Notes: generated by a model from the sequence alone, not told the origin. Positions 1 to 9,131 are shown, numbered from the stretch's first letter. The stretch: 64,000 nt of DNA from an uncultured virus (IMG/VR IMGVR_UViG_3300042884_001034) (IMGVR_UViG_3300042884_001034:1-64000); one strand, 5' to 3'. Numbers and translations: made by a program.

Positions 1-3
1 TTT

Positions 4-348
4 ATGACTATGTCTGTATTCTCAAATAATAATTTTATAGAGAATATTACATTAACGACGTACAGACCATCTATTAAAGAAACAGATGCTAACCCAGATG
101 TTACAGCCAGTGGATTTAAAATTGATTTAAAAACTCCAGAGAAACATAAAATACTAGCTGTTAGTAGGGATTTAAAGAAAAAGTTTAAATGGGGTTCTAA
201 AGTGAGAATCACCAATGCTGGGAGGTTTAATGGTGTATATCGTGTTCATGATGTTATGAACAAAAGATATAAAAAGAGAATTGACGTATTAATAGGGTGG
301 AAACAAAAAGCCACTAAATTAAATAATGTTAAAATTATTAGATTGTGA
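4..348 (+). CDS. 3D-domain (MltA/RlpA-like double-psi barrel) cell-wall-related protein; may start before the window edge
   Basis: TASG...LAVSRDL...GSKVRI...VHDVM...RIDVL pattern typical of 3D domains. Confidence 0.7.
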   Translation: MTMSVFSNNNFIENITLTTYRPSIKETDANPDVTASGFKIDLKTPEKHKILAVSRDLKKKFKWGSKVRITNAGRFNGVYRVHDVMNKRYKKRIDVLIGWKQKATKLNNVKIIRL

Positions 349-602
349 CAGAAAAAAGAAGACAATTAAATTTTAAACATCTTTGTCAGAAATATCCAGA
401 TATAAATCCTGTTGAGGGGGAAAATCTGGATATTCCTACAATGAGAATAAACATTTTAAAAAAATGCTGGTATGATAAATCTCGTTTTAAATCTGTTACA
501 AGCATAGCTAAAGTGACAGGAATTTCAGAAAGAGAGATATTAAGAACAGCAAGTGATGAAAAATTTACTCAAAGAAGAGATATTAAAACTGTTAAATTAT
601 GA
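345..602 (+). CDS. Small putative HTH protein
   Basis: SVTSIAKVTGISEREILR resembles a helix-turn-helix. Confidence 0.45.
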   Translation: MTEKRRQLNFKHLCQKYPDINPVEGENLDIPTMRINILKKCWYDKSRFKSVTSIAKVTGISEREILRTASDEKFTQRRDIKTVKL

Positions 603-742
603 AATCAAACAAAGAATCATTAATTATTTTAGCATTATATCTAGCTTTATTAGCTTGGATAATACTTATGCTCACATCATGTTCTGCACCAAAAACAGGT
701 TGTAGATATGTTGTACACAAAAAAGCTTACAGTACATTTTAA
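599..742 (+). CDS. Small putative lipoprotein (47 aa, not in ORF track)
   Basis: Hand translation MKSNKESLIILALYLALLAWIILMLTSCSAPKTGCRYVVHKKAYSTF: basic N-terminus, hydrophobic core, LTSC lipobox; ATGA overlap with the upstream stop. Confidence 0.65.
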   Translation: MKSNKESLIILALYLALLAWIILMLTSCSAPKTGCRYVVHKKAYSTF

Positions 743-752
743 ATCAAATCAA

Positions 753-890
753 ATGAAAAAAATCACACTCACAGCACAAGAATTTAATGTTTTTAAAGAA
801 ATTGCATCATTTATGTATCAATTCTGGGTTTCTAAAGGAATTATACATATCCAGGCACAAGAATCTCAATTGGCAGAATTAGGTTATTAA
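753..890 (+). CDS. Hypothetical protein (likely start 753 rather than 708)
   Basis: A-rich leader before ATG at 753; this start avoids overlap with the lipoprotein. Confidence 0.5.
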   Translation: MKKITLTAQEFNVFKEIASFMYQFWVSKGIIHIQAQESQLAELGY

Positions 891-897
891 TTTTAGG

Positions 898-929
898 CTC
901 CCTCATATACATATATGGGGGAGATTTTT
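898..929 (+). terminator. Hairpin plus T-tract, probable intrinsic terminator
   Basis: ctccctcatata-ca-tatatgggggag followed by attttt. Confidence 0.55.
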
Positions 930-952
930 ACATCACCATCAAAAATTATTTT

Positions 953-1399
953 ATGTTAGCAAAAATTGTAATGAAATCTTATATGCCTAAAGAATTAGAA
1001 TTAGGTATGATGTTTATGGGGGCAGACTCTGTATATGCATTGCACAAAATTCCTAATGATATGGAAAAGTATATTGCTTTACATGGAGCTCCTGTTGAAC
1101 CTTATATTATTGCAGAAATGCAAAATCCTGATGATCAGCCAATTGTATTAGCCACTCCAGACCAATTAGCTTGGTGGGATGAGGGAGAATTTACAGACGA
1201 ATTAAGAGATATGACTATTGTAGATCTTAATAGTGTATTGTCTGATTGGGATGGATATATAGAAATTGAAACAGAAGAAGGTGATATTCCTACATTATAT
1301 GAAGGAAAAGTGACCATTTCTGTATGTTTTGAAGAAGATGCTGAAGAAGATGCTTCTTCATTTTTAGAAGATGAAGACCAATTTTGGAACTGGGAATAA
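953..1399 (+). CDS. Acidic hypothetical protein
   Basis: 148 aa ORF, D/E-rich C-terminus. Confidence 0.7.
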   Translation: MLAKIVMKSYMPKELELGMMFMGADSVYALHKIPNDMEKYIALHGAPVEPYIIAEMQNPDDQPIVLATPDQLAWWDEGEFTDELRDMTIVDLNSVLSDWDGYIEIETEEGDIPTLYEGKVTISVCFEEDAEEDASSFLEDEDQFWNWE

Positions 1400-1423
1400 A
1401 TTTTTTAATTAAAACTTAATAAA

Positions 1424-1657
1424 ATGACGGAAATTAATTTATTTTTAGAAGTTATTGTAGAATTTTTTGTAGCTCTAACTAATTCAATTAAAAATCTTGA
1501 TACAAAGAAAAAGATTGTAATTAAATTAGTTAATGATCCAAAAGTTCAATCCACTGTGTACCCTTCTCAAACTTATTCTTTTGAGGAGTGGTGTAAAGTT
1601 GTTAATGCTTCTTTGTTACATGGAAGAAGCACCAATCATATTGATTGTGATGTGTGA
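1424..1657 (+). CDS. Hypothetical protein
   Basis: 77 aa ORF in a co-directional array. Confidence 0.55.
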   Translation: MTEINLFLEVIVEFFVALTNSIKNLDTKKKIVIKLVNDPKVQSTVYPSQTYSFEEWCKVVNASLLHGRSTNHIDCDV

Positions 1658-1665
1658 GAAAGCAA

Positions 1666-1699
1666 GCCCTTAATGCAAAGGTGTTAAGGGCCCTTTTTT
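1666..1699 (+). terminator. Intrinsic terminator
   Basis: gcccttaatgc-aaag-gtgttaagggc stem (with G-U pairs) followed by a T-tract. Confidence 0.7.
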
Positions 1700-1727
1700 A
1701 TCAATCTTTTCATCAAAAACCCATAAT

Positions 1728-1883
1728 ATGCCAAAAGCAACATTAGTTTTTACTTCTAGAAGATTAAATAGAAGCAGAATAAGAGTTTTTACAGCAGATA
1801 AAGCAAAAAGATCTGCTATTAAATTCATAGACAAAGTTATGCTGGCAGCAAAAGCAAGCAAAAAAGAATGCTTGTTTAATTAA
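1728..1883 (+). CDS. Small basic hypothetical protein (51 aa, not in ORF track)
   Basis: Hand translation MPKATLVFTSRRLNRSRIRVFTADKAKRSAIKFIDKVMLAAKASKKECLFN; fills the gap between two hairpins. Confidence 0.5.
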   Translation: MPKATLVFTSRRLNRSRIRVFTADKAKRSAIKFIDKVMLAAKASKKECLFN

Positions 1884-1930
1884 TTAATCAGCCCTCTCAT
1901 ATATAATGGGAGGGCTTAAATTACACACAC

Positions 1931-2335
1931 ATGAAAAAATTATTTATTTTATTGCTCATATTACTTTTTAGTAGTATATCAAACGCACAATCATCTTCTT
2001 ACATATGTTCAAAAACAGAAATCTCTGTTTATAACAACCTATTAGACAAATGGGAAACCAGAGTGGTGGAGGAAGATGCTAATATTAAAATCACAATAGA
2101 AAGCAACATTATTATTATCCATGCTAAAGCTAAGAGTATTATTTCTGTAGGAAAAAATATTTCCAAAAAAGAAGAACAAGATTATACAAGTGATATGTTT
2201 AATGCTTATGATTATGAATCAGGAGAAACCTGTAAAGTGTGTTTTATTAGGAATAATGTTTCTGGTACACTCACTTTAATGGTATTTAAATCATTAAAAT
2301 CAAGAGAATTAGCACTTACATATGAATTAAATTAA
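1931..2335 (+). CDS. Secreted/periplasmic hypothetical protein
   Basis: Signal peptide MKKLFILLLILLFSSISNA|Q, a Bacteroidota-style Q after the cleavage site. Confidence 0.7.
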   Translation: MKKLFILLLILLFSSISNAQSSSYICSKTEISVYNNLLDKWETRVVEEDANIKITIESNIIIIHAKAKSIISVGKNISKKEEQDYTSDMFNAYDYESGETCKVCFIRNNVSGTLTLMVFKSLKSRELALTYELN

Positions 2336-2342
2336 ATATATT

Positions 2343-2618
2343 ATGAATAAAAGAGAAAGACATAAATTATATAAACAATTATTAAAAATAGTTTGTGCAG
2401 ACCCAGAGGTAAGACAAGGAATATGTTATTATTTAGCAAACTGCACTACTCTTGGAATAACGTTATGCTATCGTATGGAGGAATTATTACCAGAATTATA
2501 TGAAAAAGCTCCTAAAAAATGGAAAAAAAACTTTTTTTCATACTGGTTTCCTACAACATATGAAGGATGGGAAAAAAGAATAGCTATTATTGAACAATGT
2601 ATTGAAGAAACAAAATAA
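2343..2618 (+). CDS. Hypothetical protein, paralog of 2825..3160
   Basis: Shared RH..YK.LL, G.C.Y, LPELY.KAP..WK, YW, W..RI..I..C..ET. Confidence 0.75.
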   Translation: MNKRERHKLYKQLLKIVCADPEVRQGICYYLANCTTLGITLCYRMEELLPELYEKAPKKWKKNFFSYWFPTTYEGWEKRIAIIEQCIEETK

Positions 2619-2620
2619 TT

Positions 2621-2821
2621 ATGAAATATAGAATTTATTTACCAAAAGACAGAGCTTTTTATATTATAGAACATCTTGATGCCTCTTTGTTTAAAATCCT
2701 TGAAAAAGAAGGAGAACATAGTTTTTATAAAATGGAATTTGAAATAAAAGATTCTGTAGATTTGTCTTCTTTATTATCAACTATATTTCATTGTGGATTT
2801 GAACAAGCATTAAATATTTGA
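2621..2821 (+). CDS. Hypothetical protein
   Basis: 66 aa ORF tightly packed between paralogs. Confidence 0.6.
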   Translation: MKYRIYLPKDRAFYIIEHLDASLFKILEKEGEHSFYKMEFEIKDSVDLSSLLSTIFHCGFEQALNI

Positions 2822-2824
2822 AAT

Positions 2825-3160
2825 ATGGCAAAGTTAACAAAAAAAGATAGACACGAATTTTACAAAAAACTGTTAGATTTTACAGTGGAAGATCCAAATC
2901 TTGATAATGGAATGTGTTTTTATATACATCGTATAATAATTGACAATTATAAATCAAATACTAAAATTAGAAAATTATATAGAGAATGGAATCACTCTAC
3001 TACTTATTTTTTAATAGAATGTTTACCAGAATTGTACCATAAAGCTCCTATATTATGGAAAAATTTTCCAAAAGGAAGATATTGGTACTCATTACATAGT
3101 AAAAAATATTGGAATATGAGAATAAAACACATTTTTGACTGCGTAAATGAAACAGCATGA
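2825..3160 (+). CDS. Hypothetical protein, paralog of 2343..2618
   Basis: Same shared motifs as 2343..2618. Confidence 0.75.
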   Translation: MAKLTKKDRHEFYKKLLDFTVEDPNLDNGMCFYIHRIIIDNYKSNTKIRKLYREWNHSTTYFLIECLPELYHKAPILWKNFPKGRYWYSLHSKKYWNMRIKHIFDCVNETA

Positions 3161-3837
3161 GTATATCAGTTAAATACCCCATAATTGGGGCTAAAGTGGT
3201 AAGAGGAAAAGATTGGTGTTATGATGAACAAGATGGAGGAGAAGGAAAAACAGGTGTTATAGTAGATAAATTAAAATATGATTGGGTAAGAGTATTATGG
3301 GAAAATGGTAATAAAGATGATTATCGTATAGGAAATGAAGGTAAATACGACCTCTATTTTGCCACAGAAAAAGATGCACTCCTTCAAGAAGCTATGGAAA
3401 GATTTCCAAGTGGATGTTCTTATGAAGATACAATGGGAAGTCATCATAAAAACATTAAATATAATTATCCATATTGGTGGTCTGAATCAAGGATAGCTTT
3501 AAAAGAAGGTAAGGGATTGGTTTATGATAATGGTAAGTGGGCTGTACGTACTGATGTTCCTGTAAAAGAAGAATACGCAAAAATTATTAAACATAAAACA
3601 ATAAATACAGATCAAAATGGCGAAAAATCAAAAAGTAATCCCAGCAGCAATGGGTCCACAAACACAACAAATGTTGAATGCAGTACCAAACGAGAAAATG
3701 GAATTAAAGTACAAAGACTTAATTTCAAAATCCCAACAACAGTTAGAAGCGGAGGAGCTGGACTTAAAAGTTCAAATTGCAAAGTCAGATTTGGAAGTAA
3801 CAATAGCTACCACCAAAAAAGACTTAGCATCAGCTAG
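3157..3837 (+). CDS. Modular protein with N-terminal MIB/HERC2-like domain
   Basis: IGAKVVRGKDW..DEQDGGEGKTG...VRVLWENG....YRIGNEGKYDL; second module EAMERFPSG...YDNGKWA. Confidence 0.7.
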   Translation: MSISVKYPIIGAKVVRGKDWCYDEQDGGEGKTGVIVDKLKYDWVRVLWENGNKDDYRIGNEGKYDLYFATEKDALLQEAMERFPSGCSYEDTMGSHHKNIKYNYPYWWSESRIALKEGKGLVYDNGKWAVRTDVPVKEEYAKIIKHKTINTDQNGEKSKSNPSSNGSTNTTNVECSTKRENGIKVQRLNFKIPTTVRSGGAGLKSSNCKVRFGSNNSYHQKRLSIS

Positions 3838-3967
3838 ACGTGAATTAATTGCTGCTCAATCAGCTGTTCCTTACAATGTACAATATGAGTTAGATGCTTA
3901 TCAACAAGTGCAAGGATTGGAATCAGCATTAGATTTTGCTGAAAGAATTTTATTACAGAGATTTTAA
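3617..3967 (+). CDS. Coiled-coil protein overlapping the 3' end of 3157..3837 in another frame
   Basis: Heptad-rich helical sequence; ends just before a terminator. Confidence 0.7.
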   Translation: MAKNQKVIPAAMGPQTQQMLNAVPNEKMELKYKDLISKSQQQLEAEELDLKVQIAKSDLEVTIATTKKDLASARRELIAAQSAVPYNVQYELDAYQQVQGLESALDFAERILLQRF

Positions 3968-3972
3968 ATTAC

Positions 3973-4004
3973 AAAAAGAGGGAATGTAACTATTCCCTCT
4001 TTTT
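3973..4004 (+). terminator. Intrinsic terminator
   Basis: aaaaagagggaat-gtaact-attccctcttttt perfect stem. Confidence 0.8.
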
Positions 4005-4016
4005 AATTTATTATGT

Positions 4017-5237
4017 ATGAAAAATGTAAAAGTAGGGGATAAAGTTAGAGTGCTGAAACATTCTGGACATAAAAAAGAAGATTTTAAAGATAATTCCATA
4101 GAAGAAGGAGAAATATGTATTGTTTTTTATATAGATAGCTACACGGAGCCTCTTGCTTATGTAAATAGAACAGGAGCAAATAATAAAATAGAACCATATG
4201 AAGTATTATATGGGTATGAATATGAACTTTTTATTGATATTCCTGCATGCACCTACTATAAAATGCCTTCTATTAAACATGTGATACATACAGAAAAATG
4301 GTTAGTCTCAGTTGGTTATGAAATGGCTCAACCTATGGGAAGAGATCCGAATTATTTATTTATACATGGGAGTACGAAAAAGTTCCATTACAATAATTCT
4401 GAAAGTTATAATGATGATGATTATAAAGAATTTGAAGAATTATATAAATATGGAATGCCTATATTTATTGAACAGTCGGTTCCTGAAGAAAATCCATTAA
4501 TAACAGAAGCTAAGAAAAGATACCCTGTAGGAACAAGTTTTCATCCAGCTCATGTAGCTAATTCAAGTTTTTATTGTACTATTACAGAAAATTCCGTCTT
4601 TAAAATAATAAGTAGTGATGAAATAACTGCTAGTATAAATCAACAAAGTTGGGTAGATCCTGATTTATCAGAAAATAAAATATACGGAAACTGTCAGCTT
4701 AATAGGACTGTTTATTATAATGGAAAATGGGCAGATATAGCAAATGTTCCACGTGAAACAGAGAAGAAAAAAGAAAAAGTAGAAATATTCCCTGGAATAT
4801 ACATAGGAGATATTGTAGTTTCTTTGAATATAAAAGGAAACAATAGAGATGAAGGAGATATGTTTGAGGTTTTGCCTAATAGTTTTGACAATTCTTTATA
4901 TTATAAAAAAGATGTAAATTCTTCTGATAGAAGGGATTGGAGAAAAGCTACACCAGAAGAAATAAATGCATATAATTTAGGAGCACGTAATATTGATAAA
5001 TTAATCAGTATTAAAACTGACAAAGATGAAGTTATGTATTGCAAAGATGATGATTTTAATTATACAATACCTCCATCTCCTTGTCCTGAAATAGAACTTC
5101 CTAAAGAAAAACATAAAGAAATTGAAGCAATATCTGTATTTTTACCTAAAAAACAACAAGGTATGAATATGGATGTATTTACACAACAAAGTCCAGTGGT
5201 ACTAAGTAAACCAAAACCACAATTAATAACAATTTAA
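4017..5237 (+). CDS. Multi-module hypothetical protein (SH3/KOW-like VGDKVRV start; EAKKRYP...NGKWA module)
   Basis: Shares the EA..R(F/Y)P.G...VY.NGKWA module with 3157..3837. Confidence 0.7.
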   Translation: MKNVKVGDKVRVLKHSGHKKEDFKDNSIEEGEICIVFYIDSYTEPLAYVNRTGANNKIEPYEVLYGYEYELFIDIPACTYYKMPSIKHVIHTEKWLVSVGYEMAQPMGRDPNYLFIHGSTKKFHYNNSESYNDDDYKEFEELYKYGMPIFIEQSVPEENPLITEAKKRYPVGTSFHPAHVANSSFYCTITENSVFKIISSDEITASINQQSWVDPDLSENKIYGNCQLNRTVYYNGKWADIANVPRETEKKKEKVEIFPGIYIGDIVVSLNIKGNNRDEGDMFEVLPNSFDNSLYYKKDVNSSDRRDWRKATPEEINAYNLGARNIDKLISIKTDKDEVMYCKDDDFNYTIPPSPCPEIELPKEKHKEIEAISVFLPKKQQGMNMDVFTQQSPVVLSKPKPQLITI

Positions 5238-5247
5238 ATCAAAAACC

Positions 5248-5595
5248 ATGTCAAACGAAATCAAAAAAGGTCAGTTGTTCATCAATCAAGTAATTGCACG
5301 TCTTAAAGGAGATAATGCAGAAGTGTTAGCTAATAAAATAGCTCGTAAAGGACTTTCAGCAGTTGAGGGTCAGTTAGCAAGTCTTAACTCTAAAAGAGTG
5401 GATCTTGAGTCAGCAGTAGAAGATGCAGAAGAAGCATTAATTGCTGCAAAGTTTCCAACAGAGTTAATCACTTCTAACGAGAACTACATTCAGAACATTT
5501 TAAATGCTCAGAATAAATTAAACAATGCTAAAGCTGATTTACAAGCAACAGAAGAAGCAATTGTATATTTTACAGATCTTTTGAATAGTTATTAA
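5248..5595 (+). CDS. Coiled-coil protein
   Basis: Heptad pattern; architecture similar to 3617..3967. Confidence 0.75.
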   Translation: MSNEIKKGQLFINQVIARLKGDNAEVLANKIARKGLSAVEGQLASLNSKRVDLESAVEDAEEALIAAKFPTELITSNENYIQNILNAQNKLNNAKADLQATEEAIVYFTDLLNSY

Positions 5596-5603
5596 TTACA
5601 TTA

Positions 5604-5635
5604 AAAATGTACAGGTGTAAAAGCCTGTACATTTT
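5604..5635 (+). terminator. Intrinsic terminator
   Basis: aaaatgtacagg...cctgtacatttt inverted repeat. Confidence 0.7.
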
Positions 5636-5650
5636 ATTAAAATTTTTAAT

Positions 5651-6343
5651 ATGAGTAATAATAAAGTAGAATTAATTTCGTGGCATAATGGAGACCGTGG
5701 AATTGCAAGAGCAGCGTGGACTTCTACTAACATAGATGTAGATAGTAAAACAGATCTTCAAATAGAAGACCTTATAGTGAATAAACTATGGAATAATGGT
5801 ACAGGAAAACCACACAAAACTCCTTTTGAAAGAGGAATAGTGGAGTTTAATATTACCTGCGAACAGGCTTCACATATACATATGATTAAGCATCGTTTAG
5901 CAAATATTAACGGAGAAAGCGCAAGATATAAAGAGTTGAAAGAAGATAAGTTTTATCTTCCTGAAGATTGGTGGGAAATAAGAGTGACACCTGATGTAAA
6001 AGATGATTTAGAATATCCTCAAGAGGAATATATGGATTGGTTTCACGCTTTAGAATTATACACTGAATTAGGAAACAAATTATATCATAAAGCTTTAGCT
6101 CAATTAACCCCAATATTAGGACGCAAGAGAGCAAAAGAATCAGCAAGGTTTTTTAAAACCATGAATAGTCAACTTACATTATCTGTAATGATGAATATGA
6201 GTTGTTTTCAAAACTTTGTCACACTTAGAGCAGACGATGCAGCTCAGAAAGAAATTCATGAAATAGCAGATATGATGGTGGAAGCTGTAGAAAATATAGA
6301 AGGCAACCCATTTAAACACACATTAAAAGCATTTGGTATATGA
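5651..6343 (+). CDS. thyX: Flavin-dependent thymidylate synthase
   Basis: H.TPFE, KHR-x7-S.RY (ThyX RHR-x7-S motif variant), ESARF, F..LR...AQKEI. Confidence 0.9.
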   Translation: MSNNKVELISWHNGDRGIARAAWTSTNIDVDSKTDLQIEDLIVNKLWNNGTGKPHKTPFERGIVEFNITCEQASHIHMIKHRLANINGESARYKELKEDKFYLPEDWWEIRVTPDVKDDLEYPQEEYMDWFHALELYTELGNKLYHKALAQLTPILGRKRAKESARFFKTMNSQLTLSVMMNMSCFQNFVTLRADDAAQKEIHEIADMMVEAVENIEGNPFKHTLKAFGI

Positions 6344-6421
6344 AAAGTGTTATATTAATTTGTATTTATTTTGTATTATTGTTTGTTTGTTATAAAAGTG
6401 CTCAATATAAAAAAGACGATT

Positions 6422-6610
6422 ATGAATAACTCAATACATGATTATGTATTTCATTTTAATGAATATACAAAACTTTGGTATGCAATACCTAGAAATGTTT
6501 ACAAAGAATACTGGGACAATCAAGACACTAAAGGTGTATTAAAATCAAAAGAAATATCTGTTTTGATTGAATTAATTAACAAAGGCACTCAATTTATAGA
6601 AAAATTATGA
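6422..6610 (+). CDS. Hypothetical protein (likely start 6422)
   Basis: YVFHFNEYTKLWYAIPR core; the upstream part of the track ORF overlaps a TM micro-ORF at 6340..6429. Confidence 0.6.
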   Translation: MNNSIHDYVFHFNEYTKLWYAIPRNVYKEYWDNQDTKGVLKSKEISVLIELINKGTQFIEKL

Positions 6611-6882
6611 AATTATTTAGAATTAAAGCAAGACTAAATCAAGAATCTATAGGAAGAACATTTTCAAAAAAAAATGAATATCATGTAGGAGTGGTATCAA
6701 TGAACAAATGCCCTATAGTGGTTAAAGGAGATCCTACATTAATCTCTGAAACAATCTTTCATACAGAAGATGAGATTAATAGAGCTGTAGAGCTTATTGA
6801 AAGAGAGAATTTCTTTGATGTAGAAGTCATCCTTGTTAATAAAAAGAAAAGAAAGGATTATGAAAAAATCAATAGAAAATGA
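6607..6882 (+). CDS. Hypothetical protein
   Basis: 91 aa ORF with overlapping start/stop junctions on both sides. Confidence 0.6.
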   Translation: MKLFRIKARLNQESIGRTFSKKNEYHVGVVSMNKCPIVVKGDPTLISETIFHTEDEINRAVELIERENFFDVEVILVNKKKRKDYEKINRK

Positions 6883-8873
6883 ATTATATTGTAACAAAAA
6901 ACAGACAATATTTTGAAAAAATTGGAGATTACCAATATTGTGATATTTCTGAAATGATATTTCCTGATGTAGTGTCTATAGATACAGAAACATCTGGATT
7001 GTTTCCAAGGAATTCTGATGTGTTTTGTGTTCAAATTGGAACAGGAACAAATAATTATCTTATACATATGTATGATGATAATTATGAATTTAAAGATGTT
7101 GTTCCATATATAAAAGACAAAACATTAATTTTTCATAATGCATTATTTGATCTTGGTTTTTGTTACAAACATAATTTTTACCCCGAAAAGGTTAAAGACA
7201 CTATGTTAGCCACAAAAATCTTATATAATGGAGATATTTTTAACTTAAAAGCAGATTTTAAATCTGTTATGGAAAGAGAATTAAACATTACATATGATAA
7301 AACAGATCAAAAAAACATACATATTGTAAAACTTAGCCAACCCAGTACAATTCTTTACTCTTTTAATGATGTAGACAGACTTATAGAATTACATGATGCA
7401 TTAGAAAAAAAAATAATATCAGGAGGATATACAGAAACATACAACTTACATTGTGAATATATTAAAGCACTAGCTTATATGGAACAATGCGGGCTACCAA
7501 TTAGTTCTGAATCATGGAAAAACAAAATGTTAGAAGATCAAACAAATGCTTTTAAATGGAAAACATTAATTGAAGAATATATTTATGATAATATTCCTGA
7601 ATATAGACAATCTCAATTAGATCTATTTAGTCAAGATAAAAAAATAAGTGTTCTTCTTACATCTCCTTTACAAATGGTAAAAGTGTTTAAAAAATTAGGA
7701 ATAAATACTAAAGATAAAGAAGGTAAAGATTCTATTAATGAAAGTATAATATCAAAGAGTAAACATGAGTTTGTTGATATGTGGCTTAAATATCAAGAAG
7801 CAAACCATAGAGTGACAACATTTGGCGACACTATTTTTAAACAAATAGAAAATGAACGTATTTATACTAATTTTAATCCTATGGTGGATACAGCTAGACT
7901 TTCAACCAGAAAAGGGCATATTAACTTTTTAAACTTTCCTTCTGATAAAGCTACAAGAAAATCTTTTAAAGCTAATGAGGGAAATGTTATGGTGGTATGT
8001 GACTGGAGTGGTCAGGAAACTGTAATAGCTGCTGATCTTTCTCAAGATGAAGCTATGACTAAATCTGTTGTAGAAGGAGCTGATCTTCATTGTTTGTTAG
8101 CAAGAGTGTTATTTCCAGAAATAGCTGATCTTACAGATGAAGAAATTATTAAACAACACAAAGATAAAAGACAAGCTTCTAAGAGCCCAAGATTTGCAAT
8201 GTCCTATGGAGGAAATGCTTATACAATTCACATGAATGAAAGTATTCCATTAAAAAGAGCTCAAGAAATTGAAGATGGATTTAAAAAATTACATGAAGGA
8301 CTGTATACATGGGGTGAACAAGTTTTTCAACAATCTATAGCCACTGGATATATTGAATCAGCGGATGGATGGAAATTAAAGCTTCCTAAATATGAAAATT
8401 TTTTGGAATTAAAAGACAAAGTGGAGTCTATTAAAAAAGAGGAGTGGCAATTGTATAAACAAGGCAAAATTGATTATAAAAAACAAAAAGAAGACAAAAC
8501 ACACATTATAAAAGATCTTAATGCTTTTAAATTTTATAAATCAAAGAAAAAAGATGTTTCAGACTTTTTTAAACTAAAATCTGAATACCAGCGTTTGTGT
8601 TTAAACAATCCTGTTCAGTCTAGAGGAGCTCATCAGCTAAAAAGAGCTACAGTGATGTTATTTAATTGGATAAAAGAAAATAATTATTTAAATGTAGTGA
8701 AGATAGTTAATACAGTGCATGATGAATGTGTTTTAGAATGTCCAACAGACATTGCAGAAATTGTAAAAATACAATTAGAAAAATGCATGGTGGAAGGAGG
8801 TAATTATTACTTATCTAATTTACAAATTAAAGCTGATGCTCAAATTGGAATATCTTGGGGAGATGCAAAATAA
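6879..8873 (+). CDS. polA: Family A DNA polymerase with 3'-5' exonuclease
   Basis: ExoI IDTETSG, ExoII HNALFD, motif A DWSGQE, motif B RQASK...F...YG, motif C VHDE. Confidence 0.95.
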   Translation: MNYIVTKNRQYFEKIGDYQYCDISEMIFPDVVSIDTETSGLFPRNSDVFCVQIGTGTNNYLIHMYDDNYEFKDVVPYIKDKTLIFHNALFDLGFCYKHNFYPEKVKDTMLATKILYNGDIFNLKADFKSVMERELNITYDKTDQKNIHIVKLSQPSTILYSFNDVDRLIELHDALEKKIISGGYTETYNLHCEYIKALAYMEQCGLPISSESWKNKMLEDQTNAFKWKTLIEEYIYDNIPEYRQSQLDLFSQDKKISVLLTSPLQMVKVFKKLGINTKDKEGKDSINESIISKSKHEFVDMWLKYQEANHRVTTFGDTIFKQIENERIYTNFNPMVDTARLSTRKGHINFLNFPSDKATRKSFKANEGNVMVVCDWSGQETVIAADLSQDEAMTKSVVEGADLHCLLARVLFPEIADLTDEEIIKQHKDKRQASKSPRFAMSYGGNAYTIHMNESIPLKRAQEIEDGFKKLHEGLYTWGEQVFQQSIATGYIESADGWKLKLPKYENFLELKDKVESIKKEEWQLYKQGKIDYKKQKEDKTHIIKDLNAFKFYKSKKKDVSDFFKLKSEYQRLCLNNPVQSRGAHQLKRATVMLFNWIKENNYLNVVKIVNTVHDECVLECPTDIAEIVKIQLEKCMVEGGNYYLSNLQIKADAQIGISWGDAK

Positions 8874-8879
8874 TACATT

Positions 8880-9131
8880 ATGGCTAAAATAAATCGTGAA
8901 AATATAAGTGAACATTTGCTTGATTATCAACTATCTATGATAGACAGAAGCATTTATGAAGCTCTCATCAACCCAAAATGGAGAGAGGAATGGTGTATAA
9001 ACGAAGAACAATACAATCAGTTTAAAAGATATGCCATTCCTCTTTTAAAAAAAGTGTTTAGATGTAACAAATCTAAAGCAGAAAAAACATTAGAATGGTT
9101 TCACAGCCAATTTGGTTTAAAAATTAAATGA
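8880..9131 (+). CDS. Hypothetical protein
   Basis: 83 aa ORF directly after the polymerase. Confidence 0.65.
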   Translation: MAKINRENISEHLLDYQLSMIDRSIYEALINPKWREEWCINEEQYNQFKRYAIPLLKKVFRCNKSKAEKTLEWFHSQFGLKIK

